A stretch of DNA of 64,000 bases, from contig CM074515.1 of NCBI GenBank assembly GCA_037379345.1, forward strand, positions 3,038,001 to 3,102,000, written 5' to 3'. The number at the start of each line of letters is the position of its first letter. The stretch's first letter is position 1. Both the position numbers and the translations under genes were made by a program. Positions 44,801 through 61,210 of this stretch are shown in pieces. The notes under the pieces were generated by a model that saw only the letters and a list, made by a program, of their open reading frames with translations, did no database searches and was not told the origin of the DNA. The stretch is from Perna viridis. Lineage: Eukaryota.

Positions 44801-47800
44801 TTTTCTTCATAATATTTGATTTTCAAAGGTCTAATAAAATGGTTTATTCCTTTGACAGTTACCTCCCCCTTTATGACTCTTCAAAGGATATCAAATATTT
44901 GCATTAATCAGGGGATGTTCCAAAGTTCTATGCTGACTGATAATTTTTGTCCTTTATCAGTAGTTTTCGGGGTACTTCGGTTCCAGGGAACTTTGAACTG
45001 ATTCTGTTTATAAGGGATTTATCTTATCTTCAACCCCTTAGATTACATGTAGTCATATCCTTTTATCTTTGGGTTTTGTTAAAATCTGTCCCATCACATA
45101 CAAACTGTGTCTGGACATAAATAGTGCTTAAAGAATATGCATAGTTTGTTTCTTTTATATTACACACTTCATACTTTCACAAAAACCTAGCCTGTAAGTT
45201 AAAATTTAAAAATAAAACAGAAATAAATTGTACCTGTCAAAAATTAGAAATTGAAAGTAACAATGACATGAAAATCATTCAAATGTTTTATTATGATTAA
45301 ATCTTTGGCTGTAGTGATCACATCCCATCATATCAGGAGTGACAAATCAAGGGGAAATAACTCTAATTGACTTTTATATTTTTTTCACTTAAGTCTTTGA
45401 ACTTTTCCAATCTTGTTAAACATCTACATACAAGATTCTGATAAGTAATTAGATCGTTAGAGTGCCTTAATGCATATGTTTTCAAACTTTGATGTTTCGA
45501 CAGGTAAATGGTCTTTGAAGAACAAAGGAATATAGACAATTTTAAGGTGTAACACAAAAATCCAGGTAACAGCAATTAATCAGATGACTGGCCCCAGGTA
45601 GAAATGTGATGGTGTTCTTCATGCCTTTAGACAACTTGTCTGTCATGACTTGGCACTGGGATGATACAATGGAATATAATGTCAACATTATGTCCTTTTC
45701 CAACCATTATTTTTATTTATAGGACAAATCTTAAAATCTTGAACCATTTTGTTCCTCTGGGTTGACATTAATCACAAAGACATTCAAAACCATAGATGTA
45801 CACAAAAAAACTTGAGAAATTGGAAGTTTTATCCACATATACCTTGAAGAGTAAAAAATTCTTGGCAACATTAAAATGAACATTCTTCTTAACAAACCAG
45901 ATAACTTGATTCCCTCAATGTTCCTCATATTTTACGCTGTACCATTTGTCGGGAGAAAGATAAAACATATGGAATATGTCTATGCAATAAACAGCCTAAA
46001 CCTCAGGCCATTTATATATGACAATTCTGCCAAATTTGGTTGGTTTTACAAAAGCACAGGTAAATCACTTGTAGGTAAATAGATCTATCGTGAAAATCCT
46101 GCATTTCATCTTTAATGAATCGCTAACATCTGGACCATGACAACAGACATTATATAGCTTGGAATCCCATACCTAACAAAAACTATCAGATATCACCCAT
46201 CACCACAGGAACAAACTAAATTATATGGTGTAGTTCTCAGTGAACTGAAAACATGAAAACATCGTTAATGTATGCTTAATTGAATTTTTCCTATTTTTGG
46301 CAGTAAAGAAGGATGCCCCATTATAGAAGAATGTTCTATAGGTACCAAGTCCTCGTCACATTATTTAGAAATAATGGTTTTTAAAGTTGCTTTTAAAATG
46401 AAACTGGAGAATTCCCTGAATCATAAACTGAAATACTTTTGCCAACCAACCATAAAAGGAAATCACACCACTTTGATATGATTGCCTCTTAGACGACTTC
46501 GTTACTCAGACACAAAAATTCTCAACATGAAAATTTAATTTTAAGTACTTCTTTGAACTGTAGACGAAGTCTTTGGATCCAGATTAAAAGTATTTCTATT
46601 TGAAGTTTGTAAATTTGACTTTCTATCATCTGTAGAGATTTGATGAATATCATTATGCATTGTCAGGACTTGAATAAATTTTCCTCCCCATTAAAACAGC
46701 ATTCCTGAGAATACACCTGAGTTTTCACCTGTCAGAATTCTAAATGAATTTGTAATCAAAAATGTACCTTTATCAATCAACAGTCAGTGACACTTCCAAC
46801 ATAATTAACATGTTCATGCCAAATAGCAATTTTCATCTATCTTTTTTTTCATAGTTTGGTTATACATTTTGGAGTCATCTTTGAAAAATGTTTTTATACC
46901 TAATATAAGAAGATGACATATGTACCCTTAGGGTCTACATCTTAATCAAAGAATCTATGAGCTGAAATGGTTTCATTGAGTCAGATAAAAAACATAAATG
47001 ATATTTCTAGATGTTAGATAAGACTCTCCCTTTTAGTTAATTTAAAATTATGAAGTTTGGCAAAATTAAATTATTTGAACCATCACCTCTATTTATATTA
47101 TGTTCTCCATAATATTACTTCTCTCCAAGTCATATGATAGTTTGAAAATTTCTGTTTTTCATAAGTATATGACTAAAGTATAATCTGATGGATACATGTA
47201 CTTGACTATTTTAAGTATTTTAGTTTTCAAAACTTAGAGTGAAAACACTTTCAGTGAGAGTTATCACATTGATTAATTACACAATGCTGTGTAATGACTG
47301 AATGTTTTAGAACCAAAGTGAGAAAAAAATGCTTCCATAAATACACATTTTTACCTTTTTGACCACATTTGTATATCTTTTTATGAAGATTTCAATAAAA
47401 CCTAAACACTGGTAATGAAACTTAACAACAATTAAACTAACTGGCTTACTATTTTATCTACAATGAAATGTAGTCCTTTTTTACTAAATGCCTTCATTGT
47501 CTATGTCGAACTATAAAAAAAATTGGTTCCAAAACTCCTCCAGATATTCTGTAATGAATATTCCTATAGAACCAGTATCTATATATACAGGTTGCCCCAT
47601 GATAAGACAGAAAACTGGTGGAAATTTGTCCAAGCACCTGCCTTTGGAGATAGAAATGGTCCTACACGTTTTGGCATGAAAGTTCTAAGCACCTGTTTTA
47701 GAAGTCTGATATACCTATTGTATCATATGTGTATCAAGATAAGGATTGATACTTTAGTGTGTCTGGAATATGATGCCACCTGCTAATAGTGGTTTGAAGT

Positions 47801-50800
47801 TAAAACATGGATATTCACATAGAAAAAAAAATCATACTACTAGTAATATTGATATTTAAACTATAACAATATCTTATTTTGTTTCCAGTGGATTGTTGTC
47901 TTAACAATGATTTTTTCTCTTTTTAAAAACATATTCTATATATATGCTAAAAATACTACTTTACAACTTCTTGTGAAAAAAAAATTGCCTTTCTCCTACA
48001 TAAGAAGTCTTGAATAGGGTCAAAGATGGAAACTTTTAACTATCAATTTATCAATTCACCATAATTGGAAAACACTAAAGGTCTGAAAAATTAACAATTT
48101 CACATGTTATTATCTGTAAGCAAAGATTAAGTTACTGCACACCATGCAACATGCCTTAGTGAAGTCTACCTTGTCATTGTATACATGGTCCAGTAATGAT
48201 CCATCAGTGCTATAGATGCTGTGGTCTCAAGTGCAGTCATGAATCAGATGACAATCGCTGAATTTTAACATGAAGATGAGTTCATTTTACTTGGCAAAAA
48301 TTCAATAAAAGAGACCTTGTCAAAACTTTTGTCGAACAGTGTTCAAGTTGGAAAACCACAAGCCGGACTCTCAAGACAAGACATGTACTTGAGAATAATC
48401 TGAACGGATACAGGTCGAAGACAACGTTTTTCAAAACGACATGAGTCAGAAACAACATTTTCCTGTTTGTCTCCTACTATACTTGAGTGATTCACATAGT
48501 ATTTGCAGAATACAAAATACAAATTCTTTATTTATCACGATCGAAAAAAACTTTTGCCTTGTGGCATTAAGCATCATCTACATAAAAATATTCACTTAAG
48601 TGTCAAATATTTTTGAGAAATTTAAAGTAGAAATTTATGAGGACATTTTCATAATTGAAATAGACCTGAAAGTACAATCACCTCCAGCATGAGATGTCTT
48701 TGTTCTCCAGTCACACAATGACATCTATATTATTATAATCCATCCACAGTTTAATATAATCTCAAAACTGTTGTACAGTTCCTACAAAGACTATAAATAT
48801 AAAACAGGACAACAGCTTCTGAGCAACTATCAGTACATGAGTTTGTTATTCAACATGTACTTCTTTGCATTGTCTGTAACTAATATAGTGTATAAGTATG
48901 GTCTGTGCAAACATATACACTTGGATAATAATAAGATCTTCCTCAGTACCAAGAATCATTTACAGAAACACATCCAAGCAGTTCTATAATGTTATATGTA
49001 ATAAAAGGTTTAGTTTGAATTATTTAAAGTGTGATGAAGACAAACCTATAGTTTTATCCAGCATCAGTTACAAATTGTATCTAATTTAAGTTTTCAAATG
49101 TTTTCAGGATTTGAGGTATTGCTCAAGATTGAACTTTTCTCACAATATTGGAATGAGAAAGAGGCCACCTGTTAACCATGATTCAAAGTACCTGTTAGTT
49201 TATAACACACCATAAAGCATCAAAGTTTTATTAATGTGTAAAATAAATTCATGAAAAGTTGTTCAAACATGATTTATTCCATTATTTGGACACTTTGAAT
49301 ATGTTGCTCTTCAGACAAAGGGATACAGGTATAATTGTTAGAATTCATCGTCATGAACTCAGGTATCAAGAGTATTGGACCATCTTGTACTGAACTTTAA
49401 AGGTAATTTAGATTGATATACAGCGGAGGTTGTCAGACAATGTAATTGGAGACATGGCCAATACAAACTTGCTCTGTGAGAAAGTTTCAGGCGAAATAAT
49501 AAAGGGTTAATATTAATAACAGGTACCGAAGGTAAACGCCCCAATGAACATCATTAAATAAGCAAATTTTATACAGTGCCAAAAGCCGTGAAAATTGAAC
49601 AAGGGTAATCTCAAATCGACCAAAATTAAATCTCCCCAAAAACTCTTATCAACTAGAGTCTTTATAAAGTAAGAATTTTAAAGTCATTATGGGAAATATC
49701 CTGAAGTTGTCAACTGTCGCTAAAATCCCATGCATATAAAACTAGACTTAAAACCACATCAGCCATAAATGCATGGAAACCGAATGTGCCCTTTATTGCT
49801 AAGGTGATTGATCTTTCTGGAAGGTTCTTTATAATAGCATGCTTCACATGAAAAATAAACTGGATTTGCATAAATAAATGACATGTCCAAACCATTCCCA
49901 TAGAAGTTTTATAGTGGTGCAGGAAAGAATGGACTTTTGAAGTTAATGTACATCTGCTACACTTGGTTCTAAGGTTGACAAAATGACTATAAATTGTTCA
50001 CTTAGAAAAAGTCAGAAAACTAATGCCCCCAAAGGTAAATATATACATATATGGTGACATTATAGTAGAAAGTCATCTTTCAAAAATGAAAGCTTTAATC
50101 TAATACAAAAATGCAGCGGTAAATGTCTAAAAACACTGATCAACATTTCATTCCACTTTTTTAAGACAAATAAGTTTATCAATAATTAAAATGACTTGAA
50201 TACTTAAACTAGAATTGATACATATCCTAGAACTAATTATTAAACTTTATATTAATAACAGGAACATGGTTTTATAGAAGATCTGCTACAAGAGACACAA
50301 ATATCTTATACTAATACAGTTAATCAGGAACTTCCAATTATCTGAAGTCCTGTAATGCAGACATGACCAGGATTTACCATCACATTTCAATCATCAATAA
50401 ACCTCTTACAATGAATTTAAATACATAATCCTTCTATATTGTCATCTATTTTGAAATATATACAAACATTTGATGGTTCTATATAACATTATGTAATTAG
50501 ATTTGTTTAGTCCTGAAGATTGAGTCACCATACCTAAGTTGTAATTATTTTGGTCAATCAGGAATTTGGTTATCCCTAATTTGTTTCTAAAGATCCTCAA
50601 AAAGTTCTTTTTATCACATAAGAATTTAGAGACAATAGATGTGTTTGTACTACAACCTTACCACTTCCCTATACATTTTAAATTACTCTTCTTTGTTCAT
50701 ATTTGCCAAGACTCAACTTATACAATTCTATTATAGGCAATACTCAAAGAGTCACCACCTCTAAAGTATGCATCAACCTTCATATCAACTGAAGAATGTG

Positions 50801-53800
50801 ATGCAGTGTTTGCTGTACTCCCACTACATGAGCATGCATCGATGTATTATTTAAAGTACATATATGTCTATCTATGCAGATTTTTTAGACTTAAAAACAG
50901 GACACCCCTTTTTTGAATATTTTGAAGTGAATAACATTAGAAAAAATTTATGGTTTTCAGCAACAAATGGTACATTTATATCAAGGTCTGTATCTATGGT
51001 ATAAATCCATTTCATAACAGTATTGAATTCTCAGAGTCATTCAACTATATGAAGTCAAATAAGTATTTCTTTGTAATATTCTTGTAACAGCAGTTGGGAA
51101 AAATTCCTATAAAATTCAGTAAAGAAAGGAATCGTTATTTGTCATGAGTCATGCGAACAGGAACTTTTAAAAAGTTTAATCCCAAAATGTCAATGTCTTT
51201 TGTTGTCGACCACATCGTAAACCATAAATGAAAAATATTCATCACTTCATATCATTTTTCAGGTGGGATGGAAAACATACGCATTTTAAAACGCAAAAAC
51301 AGCATATAAAGACATGAACAGGATATTATTTTATTTTTTGGAAAATATTGACAAAAATATTGAAGAAACATCTTAACATCACTTATGATGATAAATTTAA
51401 ACTCTTGAACATTTCTTTAAGGAAACTTGAAAATGATTAAATCATATTAATTCAACATCAAAAGCCTCAAAATCATAAAATTTATCATGTTATGAAATTT
51501 AAATAGGAAACCACTCTACCTCTATGAGTTCCATTTAGTCTGTATTCTTTAATAATCACAGGTAAAGTGGTAACGAGCCTGAGAAAATCTCAGAGATAGA
51601 TAGGGGGCGGATACATTCCTGGACAACTTGGACTTTAAACTCATCAATAGTCTTACAGAGTTCTATTGAATGGAATCAAATCTCCTTAGCACCCCAGGCT
51701 TTTTAAAGACAGCAAGATTTTCTACCTGGTCAAACAATCAAATTTCCTGTCTTTAATGTTTGGGGACATTGATAATGGCATTAAGTCCATTCAAGTGGAA
51801 CTTCTCTGATATTAAAATAAATACTTAACAAAGAGTTTCGCTAACAACTTAGACATGGTTTATTAATTCTAACAACTTTTCATTGAAAAAGACTCATGTT
51901 AAAAAAATCAATTTTGTCAAAGAATATGAATTTTAGAAATTTTCTTCAAAACTTGATAAAAAGTACTTTAAATTCCACTTACCATATTATTGGAAAAAGT
52001 TTTAAAAGTTTTTCTCAGGTAACAGTTAATGTCGTCTGCTAGACACAAGTCATCAATATGGAACCTTGTCTTATTTGCCGATCCCTTAAAAACGACGTGA
52101 TTCCGAATACCAGGTAAAAATCCTGTCAACCAATAGATGCTGTGTTCCAGTTAGGTGTACAATAAAGTGTCTCAGAAAGTAATGACAATTTATGAATAGG
52201 TGCCGTGAGGGCTGGCTTCACCTGAGATATAAATAGAAATCGGAGAAGTTAGTTGCTTGATTCCCAGGTATTGCTGTTCGGCCAATGAACAATTTACCAC
52301 TCTATGCACTTGGTCTATAGCACCTACACGACAATGGAACTTCTTTCAATTTAAACAAGGAACGACTGTGCCAACACTGCGTTGATAAATAGAATCTATT
52401 GTCCCCAGGTAAAGATCTAAATTATCAAAGCCAATAATCTTGGTTCTGCCGTCAAGCTTGTTCCCCTGATCTTCACATCACCATACAGAAAGAGGTTTAT
52501 TTCAAAGTTAAATGTCACTTGTAAAAACTTTTATCACCGTTAATCAATTCTCCAGCAGAATGAAATTAAAACTGCAACCTTTTAAGGTTTTGAATGTCTT
52601 TTAAAAGACTGTACTTTTGTTTTGTGACAATTTTAAAGTTTAAATCAAGCACTTCAATCACTTTGCAACAATGCTGAAATCTGACTCGTGTTTCTTTTGG
52701 AAACTTTGATAGCCAGATATTAATTTTCTATCAAATCACATAAGTCTCTTAACTCCTAAGAGTTACAATTTTTTGTCCATTTTCTATGAATGTCACTATA
52801 ATCTCAAAACTTCTCCAAAATCATGGATTTTCACACTTAAGATGTTAATTCTGTCCAAATTGAGATGAATTCATTATCATTCAGAGTCAATTAAATCTGA
52901 ATTGTCAGTTTGTTCAGAGATCTAATTAGCAAGTATGTCCAAACCCTTGTTACCTGGTTTTCAGTTAATAACATACAAAGAGGACCAAAGATAAATATCT
53001 CTGGTATTATCTCATTACTTATTGTCCAATTAGGGGCCTGAGATGTCCTGCTAGCAGGCTTGACAGGTAAGAATCAAGGTGTGGAAGAATCCAGGTAACA
53101 ATTGTATGTACCTGTACAAAGGTAATTGATGCCTGGTCATAGATAACAATAAATCAAAGTCAAAACTCCAAGAGACTGGACTGACAGATAACAATATTAT
53201 ACCTGCAAGGTAGTTTATAGTCTTTGAACTTTGGGCAGGTACCAAGATAATTAAAAGTCCAGGTGAATTATATCTAGATGTACCAGTCATTTCAATTTCT
53301 CATGGCTTTTAATACATAAATTCCATAAAAACACATCATTATGGAATTATGACTACACTTAATATGTCACATAACTCAGTTTCTGTTAAATATATAAAAT
53401 TACAATTCCTCTGTCTTGTCTTGATATTTAACAGGTTGTTTCCAAAATCTCAAAGAATTGCAAAAATGTATGCACATATCTGAAACACAATTGAATTAAT
53501 TTACAACAGAATTTTTAGTTTCAATGGGTCATACCATGTAACAAAACAGAAAGGTGTTGCACAACTCTACAAGTACAAATGATTTCTAGACATAAATGTA
53601 TCTTTAATAAAAGATAAATCAAAGCATCAGACTAGCAGACATGTCCAGACAGCCATCTCACCATTAAGTTACATTAAATTAAATTAAATTAACTACAAAT
53701 TAATTTATTATATCCAGAATTCCTTTATTATATCAAGGATTGCAGAATCATGACAATAAGAAGCATAACATTTATTGTGGAAAACATTCACCACAAAGGA

Positions 53801-54104
53801 TTATTTGTGTCAAATCGACAATTTCAAACAAGAATCCCAAAATCTACTAAGACAGAAACCTAAGGACAGAAATGTGAAAGCTTGAAAACTATTTAGTATG
53901 AACCCTTTCTATCAAAGTTCCATAATAATCTCTACAGACAAAACATGAAGGAATTTCAGACTTATCAACTGTGAGAAATACAAATCATGTGATGGATTCT
54001 TAACCTTACAAGATACAGAGCCGGATTACATCTTATAAAGAAACACAACATGGAATTCATAGGCACAGTCAGACTTCGGGAAATTTCAAGTTGAAAATAG
54101 GTCA

Positions 54105-54278
54105 CACCGGTAACTGTCTTAGTGACCACTTGCATTAAACCTGTCGTAAAGGACTACAATTAAAATATCCCTATGTGGTGCGTGCAATGCAAATTTAACG
54201 CAAAATAAAAACCATCTATCTAATATGACCACAACTTTGCACTCCCTTGGAAGGTCACTTAAATCAGGTTTGACTGTA
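54105..54278. mobile_element. Degraded Tc1/mariner-type MITE
   Basis: Right end caggtttgactgta (CAGT..TA type terminus); inverted subterminal tagtgacc / ggtcactta; left end decayed. Confidence 0.45.
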
Positions 54279-55268
54279 CATGAATATACATGTATATACT
54301 GTGCATCAATCATACATGTACATACTCTACAACAATCAAGCCAGTAGAGAAGTGTAATGAAGTTCAACAACAGATTTTGGCCACAAGTTTCTTGCAAATT
54401 TATGAATAATTCAGTTCTTATTTAATGCTCCAAATTGTCTGTCAACATAATGTTCCTGAATAAATTAAATATAAGATATTTCTGAATATAAGACAATAAG
54501 ATCCATATTAATTTGATGCAAGATGTTACCAACAGTTCATTAGAAGTCAAAGCACAAGTGGCGTGATGCTGTGATTGTAATCAGAATTCTGAAGGTGATA
54601 TAGATAACAATTCATTACCAATATGTCTTGTTCCATTGGTGTAACCATAAATGATCATAGTCTCTTCAATGAAGAGATATGTGAACACATATAAACAAAG
54701 AAATTTATCACTTAAAAAAAAACTTCCAGAAAGAAAATTTATGTTACAAGACTATACAGTACTCTATGGAACTGGGTCAATTTTGGTTTCCAAGATGCTT
54801 ATTAAATACTGGGGGACAATTCTTTTTTTTTTTCAATTTCATATTCTACAAAAAGAAAAAAAAGAATTTTTGAAAAAAAATTCTATGTTTTAAAGCAACT
54901 TTGACAAATGGCTGGACATATGGCCATGTAAACTTAAACTGCATTAACACAAGTTATTTAACGTATCATGGATGTAAAACATTATCGAGATGATGACTAT
55001 TCATTAATCGTATATTTGATGACCATGACATGTGACATTGGAATAGAGATAAGTTCTCATCATCACTGATACTTTGTACCATTATCTCAAGTATCTTTGA
55101 TGTTGTAATCCACACACAAAGTTAATTCACATAGAATATTATGATGGAAGAGATGTGTAGGCAGAAATAAATACAATTCTAAAGCTATGTACCTAGTCTA
55201 TGTATACAACGAGAATGGATAAAGTGAATATGAAAAGGGACAACACCACTTGGATGAAAAATGTCACC

Positions 55269-55470
55269 CAAGGCCACCCCTGGGTCTTCAATGAACAACA
55301 GGGACACTCCCACACCACAGGGCAGGCTGGTGCTCAAGGCCACCCCTGGGTCTTCCATGAACAATGAGGAAACCCTCACACTACAGGACAGGCTGGTGCT
55401 CAAGGCCACCCCTGAGTCTTCAATGAACAACAAGGAAACCCTCACACCACAGGGCAAACTGCAGCTTGCC
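55269..55470 (+). repeat. 3 x 66-bp GC-rich tandem repeat, probably within an interspersed repeat extending to ~55780
   Basis: caaggccacccctgggtcttcaatgaacaa... at 55269, 55335, 55401. Confidence 0.85.
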
Positions 55471-58400
55471 CCAAAACAACACAGGTCCAGCAACATAAAA
55501 ACAAACTAGAAGTGAAAACAAAACAAGACATACAGTGGACAGAAATTCCTCACTTAGAACAGGCGCAAAAAATGTGGCGGGGTTAAACTACTTCAACGTG
55601 ATCACAACCCTCCCTTTTTGAATCTGGCCACTGTGGAAAAAATATTACATACCAGTACACATGTAATTAAAATCATTTTAAAAATGTCTGAGTCCTTTGA
55701 AAAAATAGAAATGAAGAAAATGATTTAAGTTACACAAATGCACAAAGAACTACTAGCAGTTAGCTGACATGCCAACTCTAATGAATGTATTTTTTAACTC
55801 TATAATCAGTTCATACCTTAATATTATAAAAATCTAAAAGAACCTAGATAAAGTACAGTGTACTTTATTAAACATCAAAAAGTCTTTAAAAACTTAAATT
55901 TGTTTTTATTTGACAACATCCTTTCTCCATAAACTAACAAAATTGTATATGAAGTTTCCTATATGAAGTTTCCTAACATTGTAATTTGCAAATCAGAAAA
56001 TATGAGTTCTGACTTAATTTGGAAACTTTAAACAATAAGATTCATGTCATATTAGGTCAAAAAGAAGGTCATTGTTTGTCTTAAAATCTATAGAGGGTGT
56101 CATGCCAACGTGAAGTCGACACTTTTTGATGAACTTTGTAGAGTCCTATTTCATGTTGAGGACTGAACTCACAATAAAATGAATGCCTTATTGTGTAGCA
56201 TTATTCAGCATAATTGATGCCTTAAGCATCTACTCTAGTTACTTGGAGATGTATTATTTTGGGGAGATGGCATGAAAAGTTATGCATCATGGCACCAGGA
56301 CACGATAAAAGATCTTTAAACATTGGAAATTCCAGCCGTGTTTTGAGGCGTATAAAACATTGTAGATTCTAATTTTTACCTGTCGCTGTCTACCTGGAGC
56401 AAAGCCATTTCTCTTTTGACATGAAACTGCCTTCATTATCTGAGATGATCTTGTTTCAGATGTGGTGAAATCAAAAGTCACATTTCAACCATTTTTGAAG
56501 ATTAGATTTCTTTCCTCGTTCATTTGCAACTCAAGTTATGTGAAAATTTTGTTAAATATGAAACATTTTCATCAAGACTCTAATGGGTTAGAATTCAGTT
56601 TCAATTTAGGTATAGCAAGATAAACAGCACATAAAGTTTGAATAATTTCACCAAAAGACGAAAAAGGATAAAATCTAATTGGTTATCAGGAACTTGTATA
56701 GACAAATAAGTACACAGTGTTACCAACCTACCATAAGGCACACTGTCACAACATCACATTTATTGTACTTAAGTTAGACTGTTATAAATACTATACAATT
56801 TCTTGATTAAAGTAAGATATCAAAGAGTGAGGCTACTGTCTCCTTAAAATTTGGATTTGTTTAGTGAAAAAACTGCTGGTATGCGTACCGGTATATTTAA
56901 AATTCATGTTTTTTGGATGCATCTTTAAAAGCAATTCTAACAATTTTCACATAAAAACTTGTTTCATCAGTCTCCTACAATAACATTGCATAACCTTAAA
57001 AAACATCCATAATTCTGGAAATGTTAGTTACTTGTCCCTTTTAAATGAATTTATTATTGACGAAAATCCAGATTTTCACAACAAAGACCCAAAGCTATCA
57101 GAGAAATTTAAAGAGATTCCCTTTCTGAAAAACTAAATTTCCCACATCTTAGATATCTAAAAATTTTAAATACAAGACTTACATGTGGACAATAGAAAGT
57201 TTTCCAGGCTAGATGTCCTTTAAATGACCCTCTATGAATATACAATTATGAGAAACCCAATATCATTCCTTATCTTTTGTACAAGATTATTTGGCTAGAG
57301 GAACAAATTGGATGTAATTAGGAACCTATTATAACAGTTCTTTAACAAAGTGCTCTATCATAATTAATACAAAGTCTAGAGTTCCATCTCAACACCCAAA
57401 ATACTTTTGAACTAAGCCTTTAAACAAATGGCTATCTTTTAAATTAATACTGAGTCATTGTTTCTGCATGCATTTACTTCATTTTCCCACCAAAATCTTT
57501 TGGCAGAGACTCTGCTACACAAGAAGTAATATATGAGTCTCCAAAAGTTCCATTAAATTGCAAATTTTTCTGTTTAAAAAGGGATGAAGAGCGCTTTTAC
57601 AATCTATTAATACTACAATCAAGGAGACCCTAGAAAGGACATTTAAAGTATTCACAAAGGACTTTTCAAGAACCTCCTTTCAAAGGCCTTTTGTTAAACA
57701 TTTCAATTTTATCTTGAACTGGGACAAAATTGTGGAACAAATTCTCTGCACCATGGCATAAATAGAATCATTAAAAAGAAGTACAGCGATTACTTCTGGC
57801 ATGTTTAAGGGACATTTAGATGCATTAGATTTGGGTATTAAATTTTCCTGTTTTACCTGAGAACTGACTTCTACATGACACCAATCAGGCACATTTAAAA
57901 GCATAGAAAATTTGAGACTTGAATAATAGAGTTTTACAAGAGAATCTTCTAAAAGATCAATTTAACTTGAACTCTTCAAACAAGTCTGTGACGTCTTGGA
58001 CACATGTTACACAGCATTATTCTGCATTTTAACCATTTTATTGAATTTCTATGTTAGCTTTGACATGATAGATGTGAACATATCAATGGTTTTCATGATA
58101 ATCCATTCCACGCGATATTTGACAAGGACTGAGTTTCTTTTGCAGAATCAATTTTTGTCCAAGCTGTCACAGGCAACACTTTGAAATTTTCAATGCCAAA
58201 GGAACCTTTAGTAGTTTACAGCCACAATAGGCACAGAATTAATCTAATGATTTATGGAATAATGGCATGGAAATACATTATTGTTGAAACAAACAACTTA
58301 TTATCTCCACATTTTCCATATTTGAATATGATCATTAGCATCATTTTCAATGCTCTGATATTCTAAGCTGTTACTCAGTTTGTCAAGAATTTAATTAAAC

Positions 58401-59257
58401 GAACTTGATGAGTTAAACATAATTTCTCTTGGAAAATATAACAAAAAGAACATTTTTTTCATCAAATTAAGAAACCATGCTAATGTTTGATCTGGATGAA
58501 TCTTCTCAATATATGCTAAAATATTTCTAATGATTAACTTGCTTCACAATGGATATATGTGATAAACCTGGCAGTAGGTACAAATATACTTATTTCATAG
58601 ATCTCTACACATACTATAAAAATAGAGAGAAAGATTTACAGACAAGGAGTTCAAATACTTTTATCCTATTTTGTCAATAAAAACAAGAATTCAAACCTTA
58701 AAAAAATTACACCATAAGTACATAATAATAAAAGAATTTCCATATCAGTGATTTACTAGGAATATTATAATGACTTTATGGTAAATTTTTTTATGTAAAT
58801 TGAAGTAAAGTACATTCCATAAAACTCAGACATTTAGTAGTTGTATATTCTCAATTTGCAGCATAGTAAATTGCCCACGTGGAGTGGAGTAATACAAGAG
58901 TGTTGTCTATCCTATTAAACAGTTAATATTTCTCTTCCTTTGCACTGACCTTGGGACAGTTTGATGGGTGGTTTACACCTTGTGAAATACATCACATATG
59001 GGCTGCACATCAATCTTACAGAGACATAAGGCAAATTTTCTTGATAGTTTGAAGAAAGTTCAAATCCTTTCAAAATGCTCCAAACTTATTCAAAGTTTCA
59101 TTTTTCAACTCTACAAGTAATAATCATAAAGGAATGAAAAGAAAATGTCTTTCACCATCATTGATTTAGATTCATGAAATCCAATACACTTACAGAGTGT
59201 ATCATCTTTCTATCAGCTCAAATAAACTGTATATAAAGAGAAACATAAAGACCATTC

Positions 59258-59376
59258 AATTAGGTGTCTATTAGAATGAAAGTCCCTCAGTGACGCAGTC
59301 GTTTGTCTTTCTAGATCTGTGATTAGGTGTCTATTAGAATCAAAGTCCCTCAGTGACGCAGTCGTTTGTCTTTCTA
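59258..59376 (+). repeat. Tandem duplication (~64 bp x 2)
   Basis: attaggtgtctattagaat..aagtccctcagtgacgcagtcgtttgtctttcta twice. Confidence 0.9.
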
Positions 59377-61210
59377 TGAAAATAATGGATGTAAAGGAGA
59401 TCATTCAAAATCATGTCAAATAACTGTTATTCATTTTTGCTTCCATTCCCCTTATTAAGTCTCATTTTTCCCATCAAATTAGGATGGCATTTTACATAGT
59501 AGAGAACACATATTCTTTTTCCCATAATATTGGAATAGTCAAGCTTTGACAGTCAAATTACATAGATACTTATAAACTATTAACCATTTAAACTTAATGG
59601 GACATCTTCCTGATAGTTTGGGCTTGTAGTCCATTAAAAAACACATGTTTTCTGACAATACATGGGAACCTTGCTACGTTCTGTTCAAACGCCTGACAAG
59701 TAAATACATCAAACAATCAATGTCAACTATAGAAGATATCCTGTAACAAAAGAATGGCTTTGAGGAACCCAGGTAAAAATGAAAAATTCCTAGGTCATTT
59801 GAACATTACAGACACTTCATTTTGTGGGTACCTGGGAAATTGAGACAGGTAGTTGCGGAAAGTATAATAAATTCCTCTGTCATCTGAAAAGAAACGTAGT
59901 TATAAGGGCATCGTGGAATGTCTTATCACGGTTAATAACTCTACTTCAGATATCGTCATTTTGGCCTAAGGAATGGGTGGCTGAGATCAACAAACATATT
60001 TCAATTTTCAGGTGAATAAACCAACACAATGAGTTGTTAACATAAAAATTCTAAGTTCTCATATCAGCTGGACCTTATTTTGATGGGTTTGATAATACAG
60101 TGCAAGTTCGCACAGATTCTGTCTCGGGAAAATGATTTGTTGTAATCAGAAGTATCAAACTTTACCAATGTTTCTGATATAATCAGCACTGTAAAGTAAT
60201 CTCTCTAGTTTATATACAAAGTCTAAAGATTACACATGATTACAGAATCCACCCTAAATCAGTGAATCTCATGGATAAGGTCATTTAATTACACTCATAT
60301 GATATTTCCAAATTTCAATAACATATGTATTTATAATTTGCAAGTACTGTATATCTATTCCGTAGAGAAGTTAGAGGAGAGGTTGTATGACACTCCATAC
60401 CACTGTATTAATTCATGATTTGATGTGTATGTTTTTCTAAGTAAAAATATTGGTTCTTCTGAGAATGCAAGGATAAATGTGTATTTCTTAGAAACTATGC
60501 AAAAAAATATGCATTTATGCATAGTTTTTTTTCATATTTTTAATCAGTAAAGCCTGCATCTGATACAAAATAATAAGGAAAATAAGACAGAATATTTAAT
60601 TTTCAGACAAAATTATTGATAAGAAAATTAATGACAGTAATATGAAGAAACATGTTACAGAGCCCTGTAATGGAATAGTTAGGTGTTCGATTTCTACAAA
60701 AACTAATTGAGAATCACAACATGTTGCCATCATCTCTTTAGAATGTTGTCTCAGACCATCGTTATGGTAACATTTTGTCATAATTTTATCAATACTTGTA
60801 CTTCAGAATATGTGTTTTTTCATCCATAGATTTCAATGCATCAAAGATTTTTCACTGACTCTTTCAGATTATATCTGTCATGTAGGTCAAAAGAAGTTTT
60901 CTACAAGAAGGCAGTAAAACAATAAAATTTGGAAGGTGCCCTTAGCTATTTCACCTTTATGACAATAAAAGCTTTGAAAATACTCCTGAATAAATTACAG
61001 ACCATGGAGGGATATACACTTTCTGACCTTGATCCCTATTGTTTGATATATAAATTAATGTCATTTAGATTTAGAGTATGGGAACAAAACGGTCTGCACT
61101 TAAAACTTCATCAAGAGACAGGTGGTCTGAGACAAAACCAGTCACGATCTTCAGAAAATAACAATCTAGAGAATAAAATACTAGATTTCCAAAATAATGG
61201 ATCTACTTAC

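Noticed and set aside
55185-55509. ORFs of 103 aa (-) and 82 aa (+) with 22-aa repeats
   Set aside because: Produced by a 66-bp tandem repeat; no splice or domain evidence.
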